A stretch of DNA of 64,000 nucleotides from Octopus vulgaris (taxonomy: Eukaryota): contig OX597817.1 of NCBI GenBank assembly GCA_951406725.2, forward strand, positions 111,352,001-111,416,000, in the 5' to 3' direction. This document shows, piece by piece, positions 26,245 through 39,223 of the stretch. The position numbers and the translations under genes were made by a program. Every line of letters starts with the position of its first letter. The first letter of the stretch is position 1. The notes beneath the pieces are model-generated. The model searched no databases. It was not told the DNA's origin and saw nothing but the letters and a program-made list of their open reading frames with translations.

Positions 26245-26450
26245 ATGTTTGTGTGTCTGTGTTTGTCCCCCTAGCATTGCTTGACAACCGATGCTGATGT
26301 GTTTACACCCCCATCGCTTAGTGGTTTTGCAAAAGAGACCGATAGAATAAGTACTGAGCTTACAAAGAATAAGTCCTGGGGTCGATTTGCTCGACTAAAG
26401 GCGGTGCTCCAGCATGGCTGCAGTCAAATGACTAAAACAAGTAAAAGAGT
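26025..26450 (+). mobile_element. SINE family A, relatively young
   Basis: Full head to tail and retains CpGs (ggccgacc, cccgtcg, ggtcgatttgctcgac). Confidence 0.9.
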
Positions 26451-28243
26451 ATATATGTGTATATGTATATATATATGTACATATTTGTGTGTGTTTATGT
26501 GTATATGAATATATACATGTGCATATGTGTGTTTATTACACACACATAGATGTTTATATATATATATTTTTTATTAATATTTAGCAAAAGCAACAGAGTG
26601 ACTCAAGGACCAAAAGCTTCATGTACTGACACTAATTCAATCTTGATAGAGTTTGAGTGAATACTCTATAATGTAGATTGTTTATTGCTATACTGTATTG
26701 CAGAAATGTTACATGTGCAGACAAGGTGTTTACATTCTATACATATAGTATTGGCTAAAAGTCTCCTGATATATCTGTAGTACATTGAAATCAACTTACA
26801 GAGGTAAATATAGTTGGGCAGCCATATAGCAGGCAAACCAGATATTACTTTAACTGACTGAAGACAATGCTCTCTCTCTCTCTCTCTCTAAGAGGTGGCT
26901 AATGTAAAAGGTAGTGTGAGATACGACTTACTTAGGGAGGGTGTGATAGGTGGTGAGAGGAAGGGCTAGTAGTGTTTTGATTACATGTAGAGATACACTT
27001 ACAATAGGCCCCTTTATTCTTAACAATAAATTAGAACTCAGATCAGGAACTAGGTGTGTCTGTTTGTAGATGTATGCAAAATGAGAACCAGTCATTATTT
27101 AAATGTTTTGTGTTTGAAGTCAGTAGAAGCCCAACAGCTATGTATAATGGTTAAAGAAAGGAAAAAGTTTATTTCAAAATTTTTATACTTAATTACTACA
27201 AACTACTATCTTGCTTATGAATACATACACATTTTCATACACATATATCTATGCATGAGTGTATATGCTTTCATACATATATACATGAATGCATATTACT
27301 ACACACTATACACATACATGTATAAGTATATAATCTCAAGCATTCTTGATAGTTTTAGTGGTGTGTTTTCGATTGTAATTTAATATATCTTGATATCTAT
27401 CACAGAATTAGTATTTTCTTATCTTTCTCCCTGTTGCATGGATCCTTAACTCCACGCCCAACTGTATACTTGTAATGATGATAATTCCAGTTTTCTAATG
27501 ACTATTGCTACCCTAGTAATTTCACAATTTTTGTATTTGTTGTTGTTGTTTTTATTAGAGCAAAATTATTTCAATAACTTTTGGCTGTCACCTAAATTTT
27601 ATAAATTGACACCATGACTAAATGAAGTTATACATTAATTCATCGGTGTAACTTCAAGCCTGGAAAGTCTATCATATGTATATAAACATATTTAGTCTTT
27701 TGTGGAGATTGTTTGGAGTCTCTTGAGAGCATAAGAATCTATCCAACTGGATTTTCATCTGTGTAATATTTTTAACCTTTCCTGAACTTTGGTATAATAA
27801 AATAATGCTACATGCTCTCTTTAGCGTACTCTTCACAGCAAGTCAAAATACATTGATATTACACATCATAAATTCAGTTTTCTGCCTACAGTGAGTTAAA
27901 ATCTGTGGTGTAACAACATTGTTCATTTTTGCAGCAAGATTAAAATTCTATGCTTCTTAAAAGGTATACCTTATATTTCAATATATAGATATATAAATGA
28001 TTACATCATATATGAGGTGTTATGCATTAACTTCTAGTGAAACCAAAAATAATTGTGTGTATGTATATAATATATATATACACACACACACACAGGGTGT
28101 GACGGATAAATTGTTGCCATTTATTTTTAATTTCGTACATGCACATAGTTTGTTTTTGATTTTGTTGACTACACAGTATAGTAGGGTCAGTTGGGTGCAT
28201 AAGCAGAGATTGGTGTCATAAAGGTGGTAGCAGAGATTGGTAT

Positions 28244-28990
28244 TCAGAAAGTCATAAGCTGTTCATTGATGGCAGGTTTCAGATGGTGTTCCTTCACAAG
28301 TTTGGATTTTACAGCAAAAGCAACTCCATGAATGTTTCTCTCCCCTTTTCCTTTCCAGAAGAAGGTATAACCTGAACCTATCTCTTTGGTCTTTCCTTCC
28401 CCAGATAGATGTGTTTCACTGATGGCAGTGATATCAATGTTAAATCTCCCTAGTTCTTTGGATACGAAAGTTGTTAAACGTTTTGGTCTCTCTGTGTCTT
28501 GGGGATTGTGGAGCATTCACACATTCTGTGTTCTAACAGTTAATTTAATCAATTTATTTAATTTAAATTTCTGTTGTTACTCAACCGTTTGAATGGGCGT
28601 CCTGCTGGATGCGGCTTACCAGCCAGGATTCTATGGTGACATCTGATATTTAACCCACCTTTTCTAGGGCCTTCCCTATTCAGGGTGAGCTGCAGTGTTC
28701 CCAAATAGGCCTGCCCAGTCACAGATGTAGGACTGAGTCCCTGGGTTATCACCGGGTCCCAGGAAAGCAACCATCTTGCAATTTCACCAACATGCAGGTC
28801 CAGACTAGGAGTTTCTAGTTTCACCAAAATCTGCTCCCACCATCCTTACCCCATTGCCATTGGGCTTTTGTATAAAAAAAAAGGTGGGGGGAGAGTTGGA
28901 TCAAAAAGAAACCAGGCAATGGCATGAGTTTGTTTAGGATGAAGATCTTCTTGCCAAGGGGGTCACCAGCATTACCTAGAGTGACATGGG
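28244..28990 (-). mobile_element. RTE-clade LINE 5' fragment: 5'UTR plus AP-endonuclease N-terminus
   Basis: ORF 28244-28516 RPKRLTTFVSKELGRFNIDITAISETHLSGEG..GSGYTFFWKGK..HGVAFAVKS..INEQLM is a classic RTE APE signature, truncated. The UTR extent is approximate. Confidence 0.9.
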
Positions 28991-31463
28991 ATGTCTGGAA
29001 GATTAGTTGCAACAGAATGCTGCTAGCTGTATATATATACAAAACCAAGGGTGCAATGCATTCCATTAATTAACAAGTTTAAAAATGTATAGTAAATAGA
29101 GAAAGGCACACAAAACAGACACAGAATGGCAAGTTAAAAAACATATTGTAATTGAACAGGTGAATGGGTAACAGATATATGTGTGTGTGTGTGTGTATGC
29201 ATGTATGTATAGAGAGAGAGAGAGAAAGAGAGAATAGAACAAAACAATTTATATGTAAATTATTGATTGAGAATTACAGAAATGTTGGAGTTAAAGACTA
29301 AATTACTTTGTCAGATTTACTTATATCACTTTACATTCTGATTTCAAATCCTGTCATTGCTGGCTTTGTATTTTGTTTATAGTGAAGGGGCCAATAATAT
29401 ATTGGGATTTATTCAATCAATCATACCCACCATTTCTTACAAAGTTGCAGTATTGTGCCAAAGTCAGAAATCAATATATATTTAAGGGAAGAAAGGCAAT
29501 GGATTCACAGAATCATTAGAGCATTGAACAAAATACTTTTGTTTTTGGCTGTTTGAGTTTTTAGTTAAAATTTACCTTTCATTCTTCCAGGGTTGATAAA
29601 TTAAAGTACTGACATGACTTAATCAGCTCTACCCTGCCCTCCAAATTTTGGCCTTGTGTTAGAAATCTATATTTATTTAGGGTGGAAAAAGATCTATTGA
29701 TATTTTTTTCTTTTACCTTGTTGCTTAAATATCATGAAAAGGAGTTGATAAGGTCATTGATTTATTGATTTATTTAATATGTTTGTTTCTTTATTTCTTT
29801 ACTTTTTTATTTATGTAAATAAAATTTATGTCGAATAAATGATGTGTTTATTGGGTTGTTTCACTTGAAACTGAATCCATTAATGTCTGGTATACAATGT
29901 GCAGTGGGGTGAAAAATTATACTGTGTGTGTGTGTGCACAAATATTCAAGGTTGCAGATGAATGATTACAAGAATGGTAAAGGAGAGAATAAATTCAATA
30001 ATAACTAGAACTGTAAAGAAATGATGTAGAAATTTTTGATATTATATATACATACACATACACACACATTATTTACCTGCTGGGCGTTTTTTTTTTCTTT
30101 TAAGATAAGGTCTGTCTAGCTTCTGTTCACTCTATTGTTATTTAGCCCAAGGTCAGCCTCAACCAAGTAGCAGATTCATGATTACAGGTATTTCAGTTGT
30201 GATCATGTTTTTTTAATATATTTAACTACAATATGCAATGTGCTCTTTCTTAGGAAGATATGGCTGCTATTTCTGGACAGTCAAGCAATTACAAAGAGCA
30301 TCTGTTGCTGGTCCATTTCTTCTCTCTTTCTTGCCATTACTTTCTCTTATATGTGCACATGAAATTGTTTCCAAATGTCAGCCACCCCAATTACCATAAG
30401 ATGATCTATGAGTTTTCATGAGCTCACTTTAATTCCTAGTTAGAGATGCCTTTACATTCTTAGTTCCCCATTTCTGTTGTAATCTTGACTAGTAATTTCT
30501 CCCTTCTTAAATAAAATCCATTCCTTGTACATAAATGCATATAGATTCATATACATAAATATCTTATGATATAAAGGATTTTATGGCATAGTAGTAATTC
30601 AAGTTGAAAGATCCAATATCATTACAGTTTTCTGTAATAGTTGATGCTGCTTCTGTGCTGAGTCTACTTGTTTTTATGCTGATGTAACCATGATGTTGTT
30701 TCAGATGACACAATACTGTCTGACCTCAAAGCAAGGCAATCTTAACAACATTATTGGTTGTTGGGCAAAAGTTATCCCTTAGACAATCACAGCATACATA
30801 GATTAATACTGGGGCCCATCCAGATATATGGAACCCTGGGCATCTGCCAGGTGTACCCATGCCTTAAGATAGCACTGCATTTCCCACCTAAGAAATTCAA
30901 TGACAGAAGTGGAAGTTCAATAATAGAACTGAAACAGATACCATAATTTTATCTGATGCTATGACAATTCTGCCAAAACATTGCCTTGGACGGGTACTTT
31001 ATTAATCAATGCTAAAAATAAAATAATAAAAGACAAAATTTGGTATCTAGATAAATATTTCATTTGTCTTGAATTAGGCTCTGAGTAACCCTAAATGTGT
31101 GTTAACACATATCTAGGTTTAACACTGATCACTTGATCTTAGGTAAAGTTAATATACCATTGTAAAGACGTTAAAGGAAAGAAGAAGAACAACAAATGTT
31201 TCACATTCAAAATAATAAAATTGTAACAAACTACCTTTAATTAAAAGCCAGACTACTATGATGATGACATTGACAACGCCTGTAGAGTGATAACTTGTGC
31301 TCATAGTAGTTGGGGCAATCCTGAATCTGTGGAGTTCCTTGATTGAGCCAAGCTGGATGCTCTTCTGTATCAGGAGAACTGCATCATCCAAGCTTTTACA
31401 TATTTTGTATACTATGTATACTTTTTGTCTCATATATTTTTGTAAACTTCAACACAAATTGTA

Positions 31464-31599
31464 AACTGTCCTTGTGCTTTATTTACACTATTTATGTTAT
31501 TTACATTTGAAGGATATTTGTCCTCATCTTGCTTGTTGTTGATAATGTAAATAATGTACATAATTCCTCATGTCATAAATATAGAACTGTCCTTGTGCT
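31464..31599. mobile_element. Penelope-tail micro-insertion with 15-bp TSD
   Basis: aactgtccttgtgct at 31464-31478 and 31585-31599. The insert holds a near reverse complement of 2722-2768 followed by a forward tail piece. Confidence 0.75.
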
Positions 31600-33504
31600 G
31601 TCCTACTTATTGGATGTGTCTGTGGCAAATAAAAGAAATTATTTGAATTTGCCTTTTCTTTTTCTTTTGGAATCAATAAAAGAAGTTCTAATCTAGTACT
31701 GGGATCATTATAATCAACTAGTCCCCTCCTCACAAATTTCTGGTGTTGTGCCTATACTAGAAAGAATTATCATCATCATTATTAAATTGGTAGAATGATT
31801 AGAGTCTAGCCAAAAATGCCTCACACTATTTATTCTAGCTCTTTATGTTCTGAGTTCAAACCTCTCTGGAATCAGCTTGCCTTTCAAGCTATAGGGATTG
31901 ATAAAATTACAATACCAGTCACAAACTGAGGTTTATATAATTAACTCTTCTTTTCTCAAATTTCTGGTTTTGTATCTGTGCTAGAAGCAAATATTATAGT
32001 TCTTATACAAGGAAAATTACAGAAACCACGTAGTTTCACAACCAGTTCTATTCCAGAATACATGTGATATTTTCTTTTAATAATTTCTATTGAATTATTT
32101 TTAGAGTCAGTTTTCTTTTGACTTGGGTTAATGCAAGCTTAGTATCTTGGTAAACTATCTGATTTTGCTGTTTCTATTTTCAATATAAATTTCTACTTAG
32201 ATATAGTTTAAAATCTATAGCATATACATTTTATTATACTTTCTTTAGTATCAGCTTGCTTCATTTTACAAATACTTTCCACAACACAATGCATTTTCAA
32301 AAACATTAACGAATGTCCATGCATACATACACATAGAATTTTTCTTTTCTATTTTCCTTTTTCTATTCTTTAATATCAGCATTATTTTTCAAAGTCACAA
32401 AGTCCAAAAATCCAAGCTTTCTCTTCTATTCATTTCTCCTGTAGACATATGTCCTCAGATTTGCAGAGAATTAGAAATGTGTTTTTTGACTGTCAAACAT
32501 GAGATAGACATTGAAGCAGACAAGAATTGGATCCTGGTTATAAAGTCCACTTGCTCAGAGTTTACTTTTATTTTATAGCATTCATGTCACTGTTTAACCT
32601 CACATGAACTTTGCACAAAGAGACCTAGGATCATAGGCATTCTAAATTATGACCATTTGGTTTTGATTTATTCAGATATAATGTCTGTAGATTTACATTA
32701 TCCAATATATGAATCTTTTTTAATACAGGAAGAATGTAGTTTGAAAGAGATTTGGTTGATATTTCTTGAAGGTCAAGCAGTTACATAACAACTTAAACTC
32801 ATTTTTTAATACATTGATAAATGATGATCAGATTATATAATTTGTTATTTCAGTTTAGACATTTTAAAAATTAAGAATCAAGTTCCATATGGTAACTTCC
32901 ATGTACATGTGAAACTTCATTCTTGAAGATTTTGTTTTTTTTTCTATTTTTGTTATATACAAAATGGCATCTTAGATAACATTCATATATCATTGTTTTG
33001 CCACTTGCTAAAATAGCATCCTTTTAGCATTTTCTGTGTTAATTAATGAGGAGTTCGTGGCTTGCTGAATTCAAAATAACTGTCTAAATAGACAACAAAT
33101 AGGATTACACACACTCCGTGTGTTTGTGTGTGTGTATCAACATCTCTTTTCCAAACTGACTAGATCTGCCAAAAATTGTATCACTAATCATCATAGTCAT
33201 TCATGATTTTTCCCTTGAAGCTAAGTATCTAGAGAACTAATCATACTTCTCTTCTGTGAGCATACTTCAGCACTTGACATTTTTCACCCTGAACTCATTG
33301 ACCACATACATCGTTTATCTATTGCAAGACGTGTTATTTCCACATACTTTACTTGATCTTTTTAAGTTCCTTTCACTTTCTCACTTCCCTTGAGCTATGC
33401 CTCTCATGCATGCTATCACTATACACACAAGTTTTTCCAGCCCCATTCACATCTTCCACATTTAGTTACTAATGTTTCATTTCCTTGCACCATAACACTT
33501 ATAC

Positions 33505-33680
33505 ATTATCATCATTATGTAATGTCCATTCTCCATAATGGCATCAGTTAGATGGTTTGACTGGAGCTGGCCAGACTCCATTTGTCTGTCTTGACATGGT
33601 TTCTGTGGCTGGGTGCCCTTCCTAATGCCAACCACTTTACAGAGTGTACCACATATTTTTAACATGGCTCTCGCATGTTA
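33505..33680 (-). mobile_element. Family D RTE-tail short repeat
   Basis: aatgtccattctccat..ggctgggtgcccttcctaatgccaaccactttacagagtgt. Confidence 0.65.
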
Positions 33681-34164
33681 GAACAGGTTTCATAAAGCTT
33701 GCTTTTCTCAAGATGAGAAAAACCTTTTCTTGCCAACAGAAGTAACAAATCCTTAAACTTTTTTCTACCTCTTCCTTACACCAGTTTCTATACTTACACT
33801 ATATCCACCCCAACCCACTAATTACATCATCTGTGTGACAGAAACTGTCAATTATATCTAGTGAACCATCTCAGTAGTCCATTTCATTGGTGCTATTCCT
33901 GCTAACTATTCCAATGAATACAACACCTTCAGCCATAGCCTTAGGTTGACCCTATCTGAGTGGAATTTTGTAAACGGAAACTGTGCGGAAGCCTGTCTTG
34001 TGCATGTGTAAAGGGGTACTGGTGGAAAATCAATGAGTTATAAATATTCAATTTAATAGTTAATTACTTGCAAAAAATTATTGAAAGAGATTAACTGTAT
34101 AAAATACATGTTCCTTTTCATCATTTAATAAATAATAATAACAACAACAACAATAATAATAATA

Positions 34165-34580
34165 ATAATAATGGTTTAGAATTTTGGCTCAAGGCCAGCA
34201 AGTTTGGAGGAGGGAGCAGGTCAACTACATCAACCCCAGTGCTTGAAAGCGATGACCTCGACAGAATTTGAACTCAGAACATAATGATGGATAAAATGCC
34301 ACTAAATATTTTGCCTGGCATGCTAACAATTCTGCCAGCTCACTGCCTTAATAATAATAATAATCCTTTCTAATATAGGCAAAAGGCCTGAAACTTTGGA
34401 GGAAGATGGCTAGCTGATTACATCAACCCTAGTGTTTGACTGGTACTTATTTCATCGACCCTGAAAAGATGAAAGGCAAAGTGGACCTTCACAGAATTTG
34501 AACACAGAATGGAAAGACAAAAGAAATACTGCTAAGCATTTTGTCTGGCATACTACCAATTCTTCCAGCTCATTGCCTTA
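34165..34580 (-). mobile_element. Two tandem family B SINEs separated by (AAT)n
   Basis: Two head-to-tail copies of ..cagaatttgaac(t/a)cagaa..tg(c/t)ctggcat(g/a)cta(a/c)caattct..ccagctca..gcctt, each followed by aataataat. Confidence 0.85.
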
Positions 34581-34673
34581 ATAATAATGATAATGCTGAT
34601 ATTAATAGCATATACAGTATAAACATGTACACACATACACAAAATGTATACATAGTTCAAATTATTGTACTGT

Positions 34674-34902
34674 TTAACCCTTTAGCATTTAAATTGACAA
34701 TATGTGACCAAAATATTTTACCTGGTTTATGTTCAAATTGGCCAGATCCAGCCCCTCAAACCTATCCTACAATGTCGTTATAAAAATAAACTATCACATA
34801 ATCACAATCTTGAATCTACAAGATAATGCATGATTTATTCAAAAACAATGTGAATAAATAAGTATTAAATTTGGCAGAGTAATCTGAATGCTAGGGTGTT
34901 AA
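34674..34902. mobile_element. piggyBac-type MITE family 1
   Basis: TTAA-ccctttagcatt...gaatgctagggtg-TTAA; opposite orientation to the 38996 and 52643 copies. Confidence 0.85.
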
Positions 34903-35015
34903 TGTTTTCAAAAATACAAGTAAATTCTCTATTTAAATGCTTTTTATTGTTAATCATTTGTAACTATCATCATTTTGTCTTTGAAATAAGATTTAGGGCT
35001 TGAAATAATGTAGTA

Positions 35016-35386
35016 TCTCTCTATATATAAACGGCAGTTTGTCTGTGCGTGTTTCTGTGTGTATGTTTGCTTGTACCCTCACCCTGACCACGGCTTTCAA
35101 CCGATTCTGATGAAACTTGACACACACATAGCCCAATGTCATAATTCAAAACTAACGCAGCGAAAATTTTGAAAAGTTCCCCCAGTTCTGAAAAAAGTCG
35201 ATAAAATCGACATGGGGTCGAGAATCAGAAACAAACCACAGACTGTCTAGGGGACGCAACTCAACCTTTTTTATCTCAAAAAAAAATTTACCATCATTTT
35301 TTTGCTATTTTTTGGCTATAACTCTCTAAAAATGCTTTATAGTTATTTCCCTTACAAACCTGAGCAACGCCGGGCGATACTGCTAG
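35016..35386 (+). mobile_element. Non-autonomous Helitron
   Basis: Starts TCTCTCTATATATAAA after an A and ends with GC-rich hairpin cctgagcaacgccggg..CTAG before a T (A|T target, no TSD). CpG-rich. Confidence 0.85.
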
Positions 35387-35557
35387 TCTGTTTTAAAGTC
35401 AGCAGAGAGTTTCTTGAAATGACTGCAGAATTGCAAAATGGACATTAAATTATGTTGATGATGACAATTGAATAGATAAAGCAATAGCATAAAAATTGCT
35501 TTATAAAAAATATGGTAATGTGTAATGTAAGAATAATAATATTGACTTATAAGATTA

Positions 35558-36194
35558 CTAGCAGTATCGCCCGGCGTTGCTGGGGTTTGTAAGGGAAATA
35601 ACTATATAAGCATTTTTAGAGAGTTATAGCCAAAAAATAGCAAAAAATGCATTAAAAATGGAAAAAATATGATGGTAAATTTTTTTTTAAATCGTTGACT
35701 CATCGTAGACATTTTTAGAGAGTTACTTCCCTTATATAATAGCGAAAAAATGCATTAAAATGGAAAAAAAACGATGGTAAATTTTTTTTTAAATCGTAGA
35801 CTCATGTAGACGCTTTCTTAGCCATTTCTGTTTTGGTGTCTTCAAGCCATGAAGTCGTTGTTCTAAAAGAACGCTGGTCTCCTTGACAACGCATTACGAC
35901 GTTGATTTCCTTACGCTCCCTTCCCCACAGGTGCAGGTGTGAGCGTGGACGCCAACTCCGCCGCCATCGACACACGAAAAATTATGCATTAAAATGGAAT
36001 AAAAAATTATGTTAAATTATTTTTAAAATCGTAGACTCATCGTTGACGCGCGCTAATAGTCAGACGGGCTCGATATGAATCACGACTATAAGCTACCCGA
36101 ATTTGGTTAAACTGCACCACAAAATGTGGGAGTAGTTAGGAATCTAAATCGAAGGGGACAGACACTCACACAACTACAGTTTTATATATATAGA
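35558..36194 (-). mobile_element. Non-autonomous Helitron with internal triplicated unit
   Basis: Minus strand starts TCTATATATATAAAA and ends ccccagcaacgccgggcgatactgCTAG, with A|T flanks. It has three internal copies of atgcattaaaa..atggtaaatttttt..aaatcgt(t/a)gactcat. Confidence 0.85.
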
Positions 36195-36204
36195 TATACA
36201 TAGC

Positions 36205-36804
36205 GCAGTAGTGGTGAGATGTGACAGCAAAGAAAAGCATACATTCACTCTCTGCATGCAATTAGACTCGGAAAGTTCGTGAGGAACCCATTGACCCAAT
36301 TTGCTGACTTTTCCGATAGCACACAGGTCTCAATGAATGGTTGAATGACCAAATCCAAGCTTCTCTGCTAGTTCCTCAACAGTTACGATGAGATTTTGTT
36401 CCACCAGGGTTTTCAGGATGTCCTTGTCGAGTTCTACAGATCTTTCAGGATGAGGCTCGTCTTCTAAGCTGTAGTTTATGGCTCGGAATTTCTGGAACCA
36501 CCATTGACACTGCCTTACGCTTATTGTCCAATCCCCATATACTGCATTAATATTTCTTGTACTTTCCGTTGCGTTGTTGTCTTTATTGAACTCATAAAGC
36601 AAAATATGCCAAATATGCTCCTTTGTTACTTCCAATATAGCTTTGAAAAAAATAGCTGTTAAAATCGAAATGCACTCTTCAAAACTTGCACTATGAATAA
36701 GGACAAGATAAAATTACTACCTGCTTTTATAGCAAGTTAATATAAGTAGTTTATCCCATTCCCCTCTGACATTTAGTTCAAGCTGTTGAAAAAACCGCAT
36801 TATT
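36205..36804 (-). mobile_element. Mariner transposon 5' relic (HTH and WVPHEL)
   Basis: ORF 36330-36635 HIWHILLYEF..WWFQKFR..SLEDEPH..LAEKLGFGHSTIH, then frameshifted GKVSKLGQWVPHELSE (WVPHEL at 36273-36290). Partial TIR aaaaaaccgcattatt. Confidence 0.92.
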
Positions 36805-37054
36805 ATATATATATATACATACATACATACACACACACACTCTCTCTCTCACACACATGCACACATTTATATTCTGTTATTGTTTTATACGTTTCAGCCT
36901 TGAGGTTGTGGCCATGCTGGATCATGTGTGTGTGTGTGTGTGTCTATCTGTCTGTCTCTCTGTATGTATATATGTATATGTATGTGTGTGAACAATAATA
37001 TTTTCAACAGATGTGTTGCAGATGTATCTGATTGTTCTCAAGCTTCAATACTGT

Positions 37055-37091
37055 GTCTGTGTGTATGTGTGTGTGTGTGTATGTATGTATG

Positions 37092-37123
<32 letters not shown>

Positions 37124-37205
37124 TGTATGTGTGTATGTATGTGTGTGTATGTATGTATGTGTGTGTGTATGTGTGTGTATGTATGTATGTATGTATGTAT
37201 GTATG
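37055..37205. repeat. (GTAT)n/(GT)n microsatellite
   Basis: Directly visible. Confidence 0.95.
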
Positions 37206-37631
37206 AGTGTATGTTTACTTTATTACTCTCTGGCTATTTACTCTCTTCCAAGAACATTTTCACTCACTCTTATGTGTTAGCTTCCCATACATTTTACTCA
37301 TGTATCTATCAGCGTCATAGTCGTCATCGCATTCTATTGTCTACCTGTCAACACACTGAATTAGTTTCACTTTATTCGTAGCACACTGTGTGTGTGCGTT
37401 TGCGTGTGGTGTAAACCAGACTAAGAAAAGCATTTGACACACACACCAGAATGTGAGTTTTCTGTAAATTTTGCTTAATTGGAGTTTAAATTTTAAAAAC
37501 TGGACCTGGCATGACGCGATGCATTGTACTCTTAAAACTGCTAGGTAAATTGTAATTGAAGAAATCCTATATTGTAGATTTGTATAACTCCCAAAGGGAG
37601 GCAGATAAAATCTGCCTTTTATAATAAGAGA
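37206..37631 (-). mobile_element. Probable Helitron 5' portion (third family)
   Basis: Minus strand begins a|TCTCTTATTATAAAAGGCAG, a Helitron-like 5' end, and the body retains CpGs. No 3' CTAG end was found. Confidence 0.4.
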
Positions 37632-38995
37632 TATAGTGTTTGCAGCAGTTGTTTTTATTGAGTATATTACTTACCTTATTCATTGAACATTACAGTAACA
37701 TTTTCATGGTGTCTACATGGTGTTTGGTTCTTCAGAAACACATAAACTTTATTCTAGTGCTGAGAGTAGAAGTTTTTATGTTGAAATAACGACCATCTGT
37801 TGACTCTTTCAGTCAATTTCATTAACTTTAACACCTGTCATTATAGATAAGTGTATTTAAGAAACCATATATTAATTAGTTGTTTATTTTATTTATAGAC
37901 TAAGATGAATGTAGTTACTTGCTAAATAGGTGGTTATGATAGGTAACAGCTTTAGATATCTTTTTGTACTTAAGCTTCTTACAAATACCAAAGCTATGCA
38001 CTTTAAGTTTTAACTAATTGTTAAATCTTGTTGACCAGCAAGATGAAAATAGTAACAAAAAAGTATCTTGTTACAGTTTTTTAAAATTTTGCATGTCATA
38101 CACTAATAGTTATTCTTATTTTTGAATGAATGCACAAAGAAATTCTTATCTGGAAAATATATTTAGAACAGCTTACAAGGAGATATAAACTTTGTTTTAT
38201 TTCAGTGTCTAATTAACTTAAAAGTCAGGGAATATTTTTTTATGCTTCCAACAACATTTACACCTGTTTTCAAATTTAGTTAAAAAGTCTCTCTGCAGTG
38301 AATGGAAAAATGTTCCATTCTATGACAAGGTTTGGCTTTCAATTCACTCATTAAAGAAACTTATGGACATTCACTGAAATGAATAATATTAATATCTTAT
38401 TACATAAGACTGACTTGCCAATAGATGGAAATACATTCTCTGAACTTGACAACAGAGATAACAAAAAATATACAGGAAGGTCTTTCATTTCTGAATTGAA
38501 GTCTTGAATATACTCTTAAAATGGGGTTTATGCATAGGATAGTGATCATTATTGATACAGTGTTATTATAAATGTACTCATAAAATTGGATGGATTGCAA
38601 ATTACCCCTCAAACACATTGATAGTGTTGTCCTTGATACTTTGATGAGCATTCTAGCTACAGAAATCTGACTTTATTATGGGCATACTCCTACCCACCTT
38701 AAAATCAATAAAGAGTCTTGGGATATTTAACTACTACATTCAGTATGTTAAATGACTACAGAGAAACTCTTTCATTGACTTCTGAATCTCTCATTAGATT
38801 GACATTTTAGTGTTTTGTGTCTACTTCGAAAGTTAACAATAAATCATTACTTTGTCACACAACATCTGAGTTTCAAATTTTATACATTTCTGGGAGGTAG
38901 ATTTTATGAGTGCATGGATAGTCAAGTTGAGGGCAAGGGCGGGGGTTCATATTATGTCACTGGTATAATCTGACTTTGGTCAAGACACTAATCTC

Positions 38996-39223
38996 TTAAC
39001 CCTCTGACATTCAGATTACTCTGTCAAATGTAATGCTTTTTTATTCAAATTGTTTTGAATTAATCCTGCATTATCTCATAGCTTTGAGGTTTCAATGATG
39101 TGATTGTTTATTTTTAGAATATTAGTGTAGGTTAGGTGTGAAAGGTTTGATATAGCCAGTTTGAATGTAAAACATGTAGAATATTTGGGCTGGATGTGGT
39201 CAGTTTAAATGCTAAAGTGTTAA
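38996..39223. mobile_element. piggyBac-type MITE family 1
   Basis: TTAA-ccctctgacattcag...aatgctaaagtg-TTAA. Confidence 0.85.

Noticed and set aside
30706-30736. Micro-exon after tttcag
   Set aside because: No canonical GT donor, and it abuts a decayed MITE-like segment.
35285-35680. A TIR DNA transposon or MITE defined by the long inverted repeat
   Set aside because: The repeats are the inward-facing 3' ends of two Helitrons (CTAG|T) and there is no TSD.
36330-36635. SETMAR-like domesticated transposase gene
   Set aside because: Truncated and frameshifted, no SET domain or splice signals, and a second decayed copy with TIRs lies nearby.
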